Assembly (NCBI GenBank): GCA_035084275.1
Contig: CM068742.1
Span: 46,252,001-46,316,000 of the forward strand
Length of the DNA: 64,000 nt
Direction of reading: 5' to 3'
Origin: Hydrolagus colliei
Taxonomy: Eukaryota
Part shown: positions 23,061 to 35,800 of the stretch, piece by piece
Layout of the letters: each line of letters starts with the position of its first letter
Numbering within the stretch: the stretch's first letter is position 1
Made by a program: the position numbers and the translations under genes
Notes under the pieces: generated by a model
The model's input: the letters and a program-made list of their open reading frames with translations, nothing else
Told to the model about the DNA's origin: nothing
Databases searched by the model: none

Positions 23061-24399
23061 ATGAATGAACTTTGAGGTTTATTTATCTTTTCATATTTTA
23101 TTTTTGTTGATTTTTTCCCATACAAAAATATGGACTGGTTATTTGGGGAATAGGAAAATCTTTGATCTGTGGTCACCTAATGTCAAAATCATGTACAACT
23201 AGTAAAATGGAGCATAACCAGATGAAATGCAAAATTGGCTCTTATCTGGCCTAACAGTGGGTATCAATCCCCAATCACAGAAGGCCACCCCTCCAGGACC
23301 AGCTCAATATTTCTACTTCACAAATCTGTCATATATTTATTGTTTTTCTCCATAGGATTTCTAGTTTACTGTTTCAGTTCCTGAAATATGGCCAATTTTG
23401 CACTGGGTTCCAACTCCACAAAGACCTGGGAAAACACTGGCCATGCATATTTACTTAGAATCTTTGCAATATATATTTTTTGCAGCCAAATACACAGGAT
23501 AAACAGAGATGAGAGGATAGTAGGTTTAATAAGTATGACTTTGGACTCTTCTTGGTTTATGAAGTGAGGCCTGAGAATATTCAAGATTAATCAGCCTTGT
23601 GCATTTGCCCATATTACTCTGTATTCAGTAGTATCAAATATTATTATCATATATGTTTGAAAGAACTGACTTGAAAATGTACTTGCCTATAAACAATATA
23701 ATTATTTTGGCAGATATTAGTTATTTTTATCATTTACAATAGATGTATGTTTTAATTATGTGGTATTTACTGTAGTGGTGGTATTATTGCTTCATCATCA
23801 CTATACTGTTGTGACTTAGTTAATGGTATTTGTGTTGGGGGGAATATGATTGCATGTTTGGAGATACTGTAGTTAAGTATTGGCACAGAGCAAAAGGCTT
23901 TGATAGAAGTAAAATGTACAATAGAACAGACCTTTAGAATTATGGAGAGGAAGCAGATTGAGTAAAGAGAGAAAGAAAGCACATCTGTAAATGGAACAAA
24001 TTTCTTGATTAAGTTCAGGTTGCTTAGGATGCTTGTTCAGGATGACATGGAATAGAATTTGGAGCAATGCATGTGAGTTCTAACTAATAAAAATTTGATG
24101 GTATCTTTGAATTACTTGATTGGCCAATGGGTTTGGTTGCTGCCGGCCAATGGGTTTGGTACCTGCAGGCAGGCAGAACTGGTTTGCATTGGGTTTGTAA
24201 AGAGATGCTGCTGGCAGTAATTAGTGTAGATTACAGTGATTTTAGTGATTTTTCAAAAACAAGAAACAGACTCTAAAAAAGGAAGTCAATTCTGTATGTC
24301 AATTGCTTTGAATTATATATTTCTCATAGAGTTTTTTTCCCCACAAATCTATGAGATGGTGAGTTAAACTTGTGTTAAAGCCCCTTTCACAACAGTCAT

Positions 24400-24660
24400 C
24401 CAGCACTTTACCAAAGTGACGATTCTTTATGTGAGAACCAGGAGAGTGAAAGTTAGAACTTTGGGAATGCATCACACTCCAAAATGATTAATTAATATTC
24501 ACCGAAATGCACTTTCCAGCAGTACACCCACCAGATAGTGACCAGGAACTGACTGATTTTATGTCCGAAGGCTGAGTTTGCCCTTCTACAACCCCTAATG
24601 CTGCTCAAATTGAGATTAGTTTATTCAGCAAAGACCAAGGATTAAATTGGAGTCCTTTTA
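24400..24660 (-). mobile_element. ancient AmnSINE2-like SINE relic
   Basis: The reverse strand has collinear blocks GGTCTTTGCTGAATAAACTAATCTCA, GCAGCATTAGGGG, AAAATCAGTCAG, TCCTGGTCACTATC, CTGCTGGAAAGTGC, TGTGATGC and CACATAAAGAATCGTCACTT matching my recollection of the AmnSINE2 consensus. Confidence 0.6.
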
Positions 24661-25377
24661 ACATTCTTAAGGTTCTGTACCATGTGGTGGAATTGCCTAC
24701 TCTGTATTGAGAAACTCCCAATTTTTATGTTTGAATTCAGGACTGGAATATCTCAAATATCTTGATAATTGTATTTGTCACAGGAGGTATTAACGAACAG
24801 TGCAATAAACACAGGATGCCACACCCATGGAGAACCATTGCATTCGTATTTAAAATTGTGAAAACTCTAGAAATGTAAGCAAAATGAATTCACTAATTCT
24901 TCTAAACTTGTATGATATTTAATTTCATAGCCATTTATGATTTGAAAGAAATGCCAACCATCTATTGTTTGTATAGTTTTGAATGACTACATTCCCCTTG
25001 ATGATGTAGGCTGTGGCTGGAATTCTATTGGATGCTTATGTTTTATGTGTTATCCTGGAGCCATGCATTGGCAGTTGAGACATGTGGAACATCATTTCTA
25101 TTTTCACTGGCATGACTTAGTCACGCAGGGGATGGTAGAAATAATACTAAACTTCATAGAGCAAACCACATCTAGATCCAGTGGTAAAATATTTGGTACT
25201 TTTCAGCAACTTTGGAAATTAGGAGATTTGAAAAAAATTATAAACATTATAACCATTCAAAACAAAACTCAAAGTGACATATGGATGGCATCTAAAGGGA
25301 GCATTATTCTGCTATCCTAATGTTAAAATTGAGCAACTTACCTTTTGGAAAATTTGTGTGTTAGTGTCACAGTACTT

Positions 25378-25630
25378 CAACAACAACAAAATTATATAGT
25401 TAGAGCACCTTTCACATCGGGAGGATGTCCTAAGGTGCCGAACGATCAGGGGTCAGGATTCGAACACAAGGGAGGAACTGTGCTGTTTGGGGATGATGGA
25501 GGGCACAGAGGTAAGTGGGTGGCTGAAGGTATGGTTGAAAAGAAGGGTCTTGAGGCAAACCTTGAAGGAGGCAAAGGAGGAAGCAAAGCAAAGGGATTGT
25601 GAAATGGAATTCTAATACTTGTGGAGGGGT
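25378..25630 (-). mobile_element. L2-clade LINE 3' fragment
   Basis: (CAA)n tail, reverse stem-loop tail and degenerate FKxxLKTxLF coding end, homologous to 61390-61635. Confidence 0.85.
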
Positions 25631-25694
25631 ATTCTCTTTCTTGCTTCCAATGATTAGTTTCGCCCACTAATACAGTTACTTTTCCTACTATGCT

Positions 25695-25810
25695 TTATCC
25701 TGCCCTGATCCTTCCCACCCTGCTCTTGTCCTACCTGACTGTACAGCGCCTTGGGATGTCCTCTCGACGTGAAAGGCGCTATATAAATGTAAGTTTTGTT
25801 GTTGTTGTTG
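25695..25810 (+). mobile_element. L2 3' tail (heavily truncated)
   Basis: CAGCGCCTTGGGATGTCCTCTCGACGTGAAAGGCGCTATATAAATGTAAGTT(TTG)n. Confidence 0.88.
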
Positions 25811-26544
25811 AATGTCTAAAACTGAGTAACCAATGCCACTGGCATGAGTTGAAAACTGCAAAGAAGAGTAGGTCGGAGGCATGAGTGGTATACGTTTTGA
25901 CTGCATCACTGACTGAAAATTAATGTATTTCATTTTAGTTGATCTTGTTTAGATTTATTTGTAATATTTTTGTGCAGCTTTCATCAAATGGATGATGGGG
26001 CAAGTGGTATGCAGTATATACGGGGCCATTGAGTAGACGGAACATAGATACATTATGGTATGTAGTGGTACAGTCAATAGAATCTCATGGCAGGAAATAA
26101 AAGAGAATGTTCCAGCTAGGATATTGTTTAATTTATTTAGTACTAGTGTTGCTTACAAAAAAACCAAAACATAATCATGGAGCCTTAAAATATCGTATTC
26201 CTGAATAAACTCTTAATTTCAAACCCTATCAAACTCTGTTAAATCTGATAAAGTAGATTGTATCAGAAGCAGATTTTCAGCAAGCCAGGCTACATCCAGA
26301 CATTAAAAGGAATCCCATTTATACAACTCACATTTCTTGTTAAGAAATCCTATTAAGAAATATTTAACTTAAGACCCCAATGCCTTTTGTCTAATAGAAG
26401 AAACTTTGTACTCAGTTGTTCAACAGTCTAATTTAATGTTGCCAATGAAAAATCTAAGATGCATTTCATTTACAATATCTTAGTTTTGGGAAAAAAAATC
26501 TTATGTTGTTTTATCAAACTGTGCAAATTAACAATAAAACATTC

Positions 26545-26748
26545 AATGGTGGTTCAGCATTTCACCTCTGGGGCATGAATGTGAATCCAGAACAGATTGA
26601 CAGGGTGAAGTTATCCATTTCTGATGGCTGTTTAAGATCCTCAAGAGTTTCTACAGTCTAATCACACTTTCTATTACATTTGGAGTATTAAATTCAGAAT
26701 AATAGCACAGATTAACAACAGACTACCTTCACAATTTACTATTGGCAC
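26545..26748 (+). mobile_element. LF-SINE-like relic
   Basis: AGCATTTCACCTCTGG..GAATCCAG..CAGATTG..TCTGATGGCTGTT and later ACCTTCACAATT..ATTGGCAC, collinear with my recollection of the LF-SINE 5' half. Confidence 0.5.
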
Positions 26749-26994
26749 AAACAATGAAGAACAAATTACTTAGTGTATTTCATATATATCATTAAATAAG
26801 AAGTTTGATTTTGCATGGTACGTGAAAAATAGTTGCAATCTAGAATCAACTGCAGTTTATTATGAGTTGATATTGCATTGGTTTTGTATTTAATTAATTC
26901 TTAAACAATATACTAATCCTTTGTATAAGGAAATTAAAGATACACAAAAAATTGTTATATACTGGTATATGTGCATTATAGAGAAGGTATTTAA

Positions 26995-27135
26995 TATCCC
27001 ACCTCTCTCCCCGCCTCTTCCCCCCTACCATGCCCCTCCCCTGTGCTCCGGTTCTGACCCCTTACTGTTCAGCGCCTTGGGACGTCCTCCCAGCACGAAA
27101 GGCGCTCTATAAATATAATTTTGTTGCTGTATTTT
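26995..27135 (+). mobile_element. L2 3' tail
   Basis: C-rich UTR, then CAGCGCCTTGGGACGTCCTCCCAGCACGAAAGGCGCTCTATAAAT and a TTG tail. Confidence 0.88.
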
Positions 27136-27809
27136 GTTTTAGAAGAGAATTGTTACCACAGTATGTAACATCAATAGGTCTTTGTCTGAATTTACATTAT
27201 TACTGTATGTAGACAACCAGGATAAGAGACAAAGGAAATAAACCTACAGTATACAATAAGGCAAATTTATAACAAATTAGCAACAATATAATTTCTTAGA
27301 TTGAATTTCCCTCAAAAATAGTGTGATTCATATCTGTTGGCAATTTATTCCATCCATAATGTTGGGTCTGGTATATTAAGCATTGTTGATATTATTGCAA
27401 ACTGTATGATATCGCTACTTATGGACTTGACTCATTTTTTTTACTGCGCCAAATTTGTATCCACAGCAATAGCTATTTGTTCTCAATATGTCTTACCGTG
27501 AAAACAATGGAGTAATTTTCCACTTTCCAGAAAATTATCTAATTTGGTGAATGCAATTCTCCCATTATAAACATAAGACAAGTTCTGTAAATTTTCTGAC
27601 AAGCAGAAAATTATCCCCAAAGTACTTTCCAATCCCTTACCTTTACTCCTTATAGTGACAGGAGCCATTTGGACCTTTTTTTCATTCCCTGCAGCCCAAT
27701 GTAATCAGGAGTGGATGGGGTTGCAAAAGCTGAAGGCTCTATCCTGCCAATTCTAGTCAAGCAATACCAAATACCTACTATTGAACACTCTTAATCACTG
27801 ATCATAATG

Positions 27810-27990
27810 TAGGATTATGAATTTTACATCACAAAAACAGACCACTCATTCAGTCCATCAAGTCAATGCTGGTATTTTTCTCAACATAAGGGATCTAATC
27901 CAATCCCTGTGTCTTTCTTGCTCCCTATAATCATCTTTAGTATTCTTTAATATTCCTCTTTTTCAAACATCTTTCTAATTCCCTTTTAAC
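27810..27990 (-). mobile_element. degenerate CR1 3' end
   Basis: CATTCAGTCCATC..ATGCTGGT..TTCAAA..TCTAATTCCCTTTT, similar to the minus-strand copy at 56680-56810. Confidence 0.55.
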
Positions 27991-28505
27991 ACAATTCATG
28001 GAACACTCACAAAAGACAACTAGTCTAAGATATCTTTTGGAGCTCTCCAATCTAGATTCAATTATCATCTTACTATATTATCTTACCTTACCACGAGTGC
28101 TAGCATTTTGCTAGGACAATATAATTTCAGGCAAACATAACAGTTTATTTTTCAAATCAGTTCTCTGCTTCAGCCCTCTTTTGGAAAGCGTTATCAGTAC
28201 TGTCAATCATATTTTTGTGACGTGGTCAAAAATTCAAACTGATGGAATGGAGATATAAATGACCACACAATGTAATAATTAAATCGTAATAGAACAGGAG
28301 ACTAGTTATTGAGGAAAATTATTATTTGGAAATATATTATCGACCTTACTGACATTTAAGCATAAAAAGATGAATTTACTTGTGTGTATGTAATTTTACT
28401 TTGTGCTACAGTGCAGCTTTAAGCATAAAAAGGTTTGCTGACATGGTAACAGAATCCAAATTGGAATGGAAATACATGGTTGTTAATTTGTCCTAAAGAT
28501 AAATT

Positions 28506-28608
28506 AACAACAACAATTTATATTTGTATAGCACCTTTCACGTACCAGTGCCTTGGGATGTCCTCCCAACATGAAAGGCGCTCTGAAAATGTAATTTTTT
28601 GTTGTTGT
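28506..28608. mobile_element. two L2 tails fused head-to-head (palindromic)
   Basis: A minus-strand tail at 28506-28543 abuts a plus-strand tail at 28546-28608. Confidence 0.8.
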
Positions 28609-28950
28609 ACCAATCAAGTAAAGACATTTAAAAATTATATTTCAATAAAACATATTTTCTATTTCTACATATAATATTTTATTATATGATGTAGAATTAT
28701 AACATGTTGAACATGTTGGAACAAAGAAAACTACATGAAACATGAAACATGAAAATATGTCTGTGCCATTTTTCTCACAACACTTGTTGAACCTCATCAG
28801 TCATCACTATGCTTTGCCATATGTAACCTCTCTTAGGAGAAGTAAGAGTTTTCCTTGATGATACAAAACAGGTCTTCACAAAATGTTAAATCGAATTACC
28901 CTTTCATGAATTGGAGTGGCTTGACTTTGTTTTCAGCAGCGGAGAGTGTG

Positions 28951-29670
28951 AATAATAATAATAATCACCCTTGCATTTTTAATATATGGTCTTATCACAA
29001 CTTCGATGCATACACTCGAATTCAAGATCCTCGTCCTCAGGTTTAAGGCCATTTATGGCCTTGCCCCACCTATCTCTCTGACCTGCTGTCTCCATATCAG
29101 CATGCTTGTCCCCTCCATTCAGCGGGCTCTGGCCTACTCCATGTCCCCCGCCCGAACCGCCCTACCATCGGTGGCTGGGCTTTCAGCCTCTCTGCCTCCA
29201 CACTCTGGAACTCCATCCCGCAATCCCTTTGACTTGCTTCCACCCTCTCCTCCTTCACGGCTGGTCTAAAGACCTTCCTCTTCGACCACGCCTTCTGCTC
29301 CCTTCCTAACTCTCCCCCCACTTCCTACTCTCCTTCTCCCTGCCCCTACCCCGACCCTTCCCCCCATGCTTGGATCCCGACCTAGCTCTTCAGTGCTTTG
29401 GAACGTCCTCCCGACTCCTTTGACTCTACAAATGTAATTTTGTTGTTGTTGATGTTGTTCGAGATGTCTCAAAGCGTTTCACAGAATATACTGTAAAGTG
29501 AATTCACGGTATTTTATGGGCAAAACACTGGAGCCTTCCCACAAACAGTTGTGGATTTTTTAAAAGAGATTATTACTCCCAGAATCTGTCCATTGACTAA
29601 CAGGCGGATTCCTACTTACTGCTAGGTAAATAGAGGCATGTTTGTGGTGTAAGGAAGCTAAATTGGCACA
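28951..29670 (-). mobile_element. DeuSINE-like SINE interrupted by an L2 insertion
   Basis: The (AAT)n-CCCTTGCATTT tail at 28951-29006 resumes as GAGATGTCTCAAAGCGTTTCACAGAATATACTGTAAAG at 29461. Confidence 0.8.
29018..29457 (+). mobile_element. L2 3' fragment nested in SINE
   Basis: Translates EFKILVLRFKAIYGLAP (frameshifted afterwards) and ends in a (TTG)n tail. Candidate target-site duplication TTCGA at 29002-29006 and 29458-29462. Confidence 0.9.
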
Positions 29671-29754
29671 AATGAATGTGCATGCAACAAACCAAATGCT
29701 AATTGATGGCAGTGAAGAACATTTAAACATTTGTTAATATTAAACGTTTGTTTA

Positions 29755-29820
29755 AGAGCACTGAGAAGCTACCCCACGTGAAGGATGCTATATAAATGCA
29801 AGTTGTTGTTTTTGTTGCTG
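29755..29820 (+). mobile_element. short L2/SINE tail remnant
   Basis: CACGTGAAGGATGCTATATAAATGCAAGTTGTTG. Confidence 0.6.
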
Positions 29821-32800
29821 CAATCGGCTGCAATGAATGCACCAGATTACATACTGCAGCAAAAATTGCATTCATTCCGTTATAAAACCAGGAGGTTGTT
29901 TGAGGAATGGGGCTCAGAATTAAATCAACGTGTCTAAAACTGATTTATGCAGTACTTTTAGTTTTGATTCAATGAAAACAATGTGTCAAATGGATACTAA
30001 AAGTGCAGTATAAATGAGGCATAAATCATGCATATATTGTACAAAAGTACCTTTTGTGATTGCTCAATCCAAATTGTAGTCTTTTTACAAAATGTTACAT
30101 TTTATATACACCATCTTTGTTACAGCACATTCACTTAGAACATTATATATTTTAACAAGCTATTCTGTTTTTCCTCCCAACTTTTTCATATCGTATTCAT
30201 TACAGAACACAGCTTATAGGTAGCTCTAGGGAAGGCCTTAGATTTTGATGAAACAATACCTTCAGTGGATAAAAATACCAATGTTTTGCACTCATTTCTA
30301 TTTTTAAAAAAAAACAAGAGTTTGTCAATGTAGTTTGTGTAATTTATATTAATATATTTGACTCTGTGTCTGTGTCCTTTTCTCTTATACTGATTTGTAT
30401 TAATCTTGTAAACATATTTGAGCTATTTAGACTCAAGTTCTCTGGCTGGACTTGGGACGTATCTAATGGTTGACATTTGTAAACCTGTTTCACTTTGCAT
30501 CAACCTTTATCGCCTGGTATGATGCTGGCATTAACATGTGAAGGTTGAAGTAATATCAAAAGAAATTTAAATATTAGTTGTAATCATTTTTTAAATAGCA
30601 TTTTCAAATATATTGCATTGTTGTGCAGAGTAGAATACCAACAACAAAGTTACTTGCACAATGGCTTTAGAAAGGAGTGGATTGGTGCTGAAGATTACAG
30701 ACATGATGATAATGATTAATTTAACAATATTTTAATGTACAGTGGACATTTGTTCACTGCCTGTTTGTGAGAATATTGAAAATTACGTGAAGGTTCATTC
30801 TGCTAACATTTTAAAGTACAGCTTTGAGAGGATAGGAGGGGGTTGCTTGAATGCTTTTGAACAGATTTGCACTTTCTGTCATAGAACCAAAACATGTTCT
30901 TTCAAGAGCTGTCACGTTAGCTTTAAATGCTTGGTGAACAATGTGATTAGTTCAATATGCTGAATAGGTAATTTCTATTCATTTTATTTTACTGAAGTGT
31001 TTTGTCGACATAAACGTAATTAGATTTTTTTGAACCTTGACTTTTTGGAATACAATAAGGTATGCATCATAGTTCTATTATTGTATTCATCAGCTTTGTA
31101 AGATATTGCAAAACTCTTGAATCATTATTATTGTTTTTATTATTATTTTGTCTAACATTCCAGTTCATGGGTTTGATATATTTTCTTTTGTTTAAAAGTT
31201 CTAAGACAGCACAGTGTATAATTTCTAAAAATTCATATTTTTAATTGTTCATTTCAGCATTGAAGATAACCAGTAAGATCATTATTTGCTGCTAGAGTGA
31301 CCAAACTGGGCATCAGAATTAGAACTGGAATATGAGGGCCTGCGTTGCCAATCTAAGGTAACAGTGCCAAAAGCATGAAATATGAAATGATGTATGTCCA
31401 ACTGATTGATTGTATGTTGACAGTGTTAGTCCCCAAAATAGTTCTACATTCCTGCAGCCTACAGAATAGGTAAAATGGGATTTGCTAACACATAAGAGGC
31501 ATTCTATTTTTATAAGGGGTTGGACACAATGTGTGCCAACAGAAAACTAAACTGTCCTCTGACCTCTCCTGTGTCCCTGGGTAATGTTTGCACTGGGATA
31601 CTTTGTATTAAACCAGTTTATTGATTATGAATCAATTTCAATTGATGTAGTAGTAAAGAATATGTAGTAGGACTGTCACTCCACTGACATGACTACAGCA
31701 TGAAGAGATCAGCCAAGAATGAAGGTAGTTTGTGTTTAAGCAGTGGGTGTGTTTCTGGGTATACTGCAGTAATCTACAAACTTACAAATGTGATTTGTAG
31801 CAGGCTCCTAAGGCAATATAATATTGGGCCTTGAAGAAAACTTTAAGTTAATATGGCAGTCTTTGCATTGATGAAATATTGCATAATAACTAATTTAACT
31901 TTATGTTTAAACATTTCTGAATGAGAAATACAATATTTAAGAATAAGGCTGTGTAGCAAGAGGGCATGGTCAACTGACATGCCAACCCTTTTAATAATGA
32001 TTTATGCAGAACCTTCTTTTATCGTGCAGTTTCATCTCTTCTGTATCAGTACAATAGATTCTGCTCTACATTAAGATGTTGTACCTTGTCGGATAATGTT
32101 ATGGTTAATTTGTTTGTCACAATAAAAATGCATTATTTTGCAACTAAAGCTGTATGAGTAAAATTATGTATTATAATAATTTGGTAATTTATTGTCACAA
32201 TTAATTTATTGCATTTTCAGACTGCAAAGGTATGATATACAAACGTTCTTTTTCATTGACAGATAAAATGAAGGCTAGAGATTTGTGTTTTACTCCCTGT
32301 GAACAATAACCAGATCAAACATTATTCAACATCCTATATTCCTATTATGTTTAGAATTTACTTAAGTGTGAACATACCTTGCACCCCAACCACACATTTA
32401 ATGATTTTTTTTTAACATTTGCTTCTGCTGGCTGTTACTTTCTGTATTCACTGGAGTGAGGATAATTTCAGACACAATACAAGTGAATACACCGATAGCC
32501 TCATAGTTTCCTACGAGCTTCCTATGTTGCCAACATGGAGCAGTAGGAAGCGAACAGATTGTGATTATCAGCATGTATAGTTCAATCATGAATTGCATCT
32601 AGTTTCTACCAATAACATTACAGTGCCATAAATTTAAACCACACCCCCTAGAACAAAGGTTATTTGCATAATGAATGCAAGCTCATAAATATGTAGGCTG
32701 GAAACAGACCATTGTGATTTTATTTTTCAGAAACAAACACTGCCACTATCAGCATTCAAACAGGTGCTAAACATATCCAAATATCGTTTTGTCTAGATTG

Positions 32801-35800
32801 ATTATTTTTATTTTATTTTTTATTTTTACACGAACCTTGACTGCAAGACAGACTCACAGCCCAGCCATGGTGGAACCAATGGATACAATACCCTGTAACA
32901 GTATCAATCTGAATTGCAAATGTGCTTGACTGCAAAACCTTTCTTTATTAACTCCACATAAAAATCAAAGCCTGCTGGAAGTGCTGCTACCGTGCATTAT
33001 ATTTACTGTTGATGTCAGGCAGCTGATAATATATTCATGCAGGAAAGTTAATATACAATATGAAGAATTAGCTGATAATAGGATTGTAGGTGTGGTCTTT
33101 CCTACCATTCCGTTTCTACTACATCATTCGTGTGTTTTAAGAAACAATATGACAATTAGAATACAAGTATAAAATGCTGAACGCTTGGTTTCATTTTGTT
33201 CGGTGTTTTGTTTCAACCTTTGTTAGCTTGACTTGATTTTGATATCTGAACCGGCTAACATTGTGATTTCTTTTGGTAACTCGTAGTGTTGAATATTATA
33301 GATATATATATATATACAGTATTGTATTGTGCTAAATGGTTTAGCAAACAATTTTAATACCTGCAAAGCACTTCAATTTTGAATTAGTGATTAAACGTTA
33401 ACACCCCCCCCCCCCCCCCCCACCCAAATGTTCCTTTTTCTTCCAATCATGGAATTGTTTGCTTTGGAAAGGGAAATATCAGTACGATACAATACTGCAA
33501 ACTTGAAAAGACACAACCTTCAGCCTGTTATAACTTAGCCATTAATCACCATCCCCAATACACCCACCTTCCAGAGCAATTAAAAATAAATTCAGGTTTA
33601 AACCCAGATTTGGTATATAGGCCTCCATTATTTAGATATATGAACAATTTAACAATAGACTGCCATGGCATGTTCATTTAAAAGCAAGCTGAAGTGTGGA
33701 AATATGGAATATATTATATTGATATTTGCCTGTTAAATCTTGATTTATCAAACATCTTATTGAAGATTCCCATAAGAATATAGATATGACAGTAATGCAA
33801 AACACAGAAATCCACTTGCACATGAGATTTGCAATATGGGAAACTGTAAATAAATCCATGAATATCAAGCAGCACAGGTCGTAAGAATATATATTTTACG
33901 AATGTAATGCATTTCTTTAGAAAACCGGAAGACCAAAGCACATTGTAAGATATGGTACTTTGAACACTGGAAGCGTTTTTAGACAAAGATTAAAGAATAT
34001 CATATAATTATGATGGTTTAGAGCTACCACAGAACACCAAATATTGTTAGGACTGTGCAATTGTATGTCAAAATAGATGTTCATAATGAGATCAATAATT
34101 TATGAATTGTGCATCTTATTAACATCCATGTATGCTACATTAGTGCACCCATAGCTTTTATAGTATTCACTCACAAGGAAAACATGTTTAATGGAATTCG
34201 GCTACTAGAAATATTTTTAGAGCAGTGCAGAGACAAAATGTTGATATCTTACTAGTTTGCCTGATATGTTTAATCTACGATAGATGCCATACAGAAACAA
34301 ATGCTTTGTTATTTGCTCCCTTCATATGGTCATAATTTTTCTGCATTAAATGTCAAGTTAATTTCCAAGGTGGTTTCTACGATATGTTACCTTGGTTTGT
34401 GATTTTGTCTGTAGTGCATATGCAGCTGAGACCAAGACCAGAACTGGGGGAGGGGCAGAAAGAGAGCCGATAACACACAGTTCAGTGTCTGTAAATTGGC
34501 TGCGTCTATGATGGCGGGTTGAGGTAAACCTCTGGCAGGCACTTATTTGCATGCTGCAGCATATAGCGGATTAGGCTGAACTGATTTTCATAGAGGATTT
34601 AGGCCTGACGTTTATTATTCGGTTCACAGACCTCCCAAGGGAAAGTTTGTTTTTTCTCTTGTAGATAAAATATGGTAAGATAGAATATTCCTGCTTTAGG
34701 AGGTTCAGTAAATAAATATCTATAACATGCTTCTTAGGGTTATTTTTAATATATATTATTATTAAGGGAACTTGCTTAAAAGATGATTGCATTTCAAAAT
34801 TCCTGGCTGTTTTCATTTCAGCACCCAGTTATTTTCCATCTGCCATTTAATCAAAATGGTATGAGAATGAATTTATTGCTGGTCATTGCTAAGATACTTG
34901 CTTTTAATTATTTTCAAAACACTTGTTCTGATGCTTTTGCTGTGAAATGTCTTCAATTAAATCTTTCTTTTTTTGTACTTTTTAATATTAAAGAGAAAAT
35001 ATTGTAGCAACCAATTATAAAGAAAAATCTTCATTGTGTAATTAATGTTTGTCGACATTTTATTGTATGGATGCATCTTGGGATTGTGACATGAACTGTT
35101 AAAAGATATTCAGTCACCATAATTTTCTACTGATTGTAATTTCTTGAATTGCCATTTAATTAAAGAGTTGGGTCTGTTTGACCCAAAAATTTAAAAATAG
35201 ATTACAACTCACCACAGAACTAATAAGAATTTTTTTTAAAAAAATTATCCATCAAAACAGTGCTAACTTTCGAAGTTTGTTCATGGGAATGAATGGATTT
35301 TGTTAATGAATCGCAAGCTGTGTGCCTGTAATGGAATTCTATGGTGAGTCTGATGATCCTTTCATCTTACAGCTATTTGTAGAGTCGCCATCTAACATGG
35401 TTTTCACTATAATTTACTGGGACAGAAACAAGAGTATTGTTAGCTCAAATGTTTATTGACTGTATGTAGCACAGGACCAGCTGGTGGTTTGCGTAAAGAT
35501 TGACCTGCATGTTAAGACTGACCACTTGAAGAGAACTGCTAGTACAAGTTTATACACTCTGTATAAGAGAGTGTATTTGAAGATGCGGAGAGATGATGCA
35601 AGACCAAGCTACTATTGGATTTATATTTAAATACAAGTAAAGGATTACAGAATATAGTCATTTAAATCTGACCCATCCAATTTAATAGCAAATGTTCCTT
35701 ATTTACATTTTATTTTAGCATTGCTTCCACAACACTTAAGGTCAGCAGGAATATAATTGCTCTCACATATCTTCGATTGAATTTATGGAAAGTGCAGTGC

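Noticed and set aside
31540-31600. Possible LF-SINE 3' fragment
   Set aside because: Similarity too short and weak to support without an HMM search.
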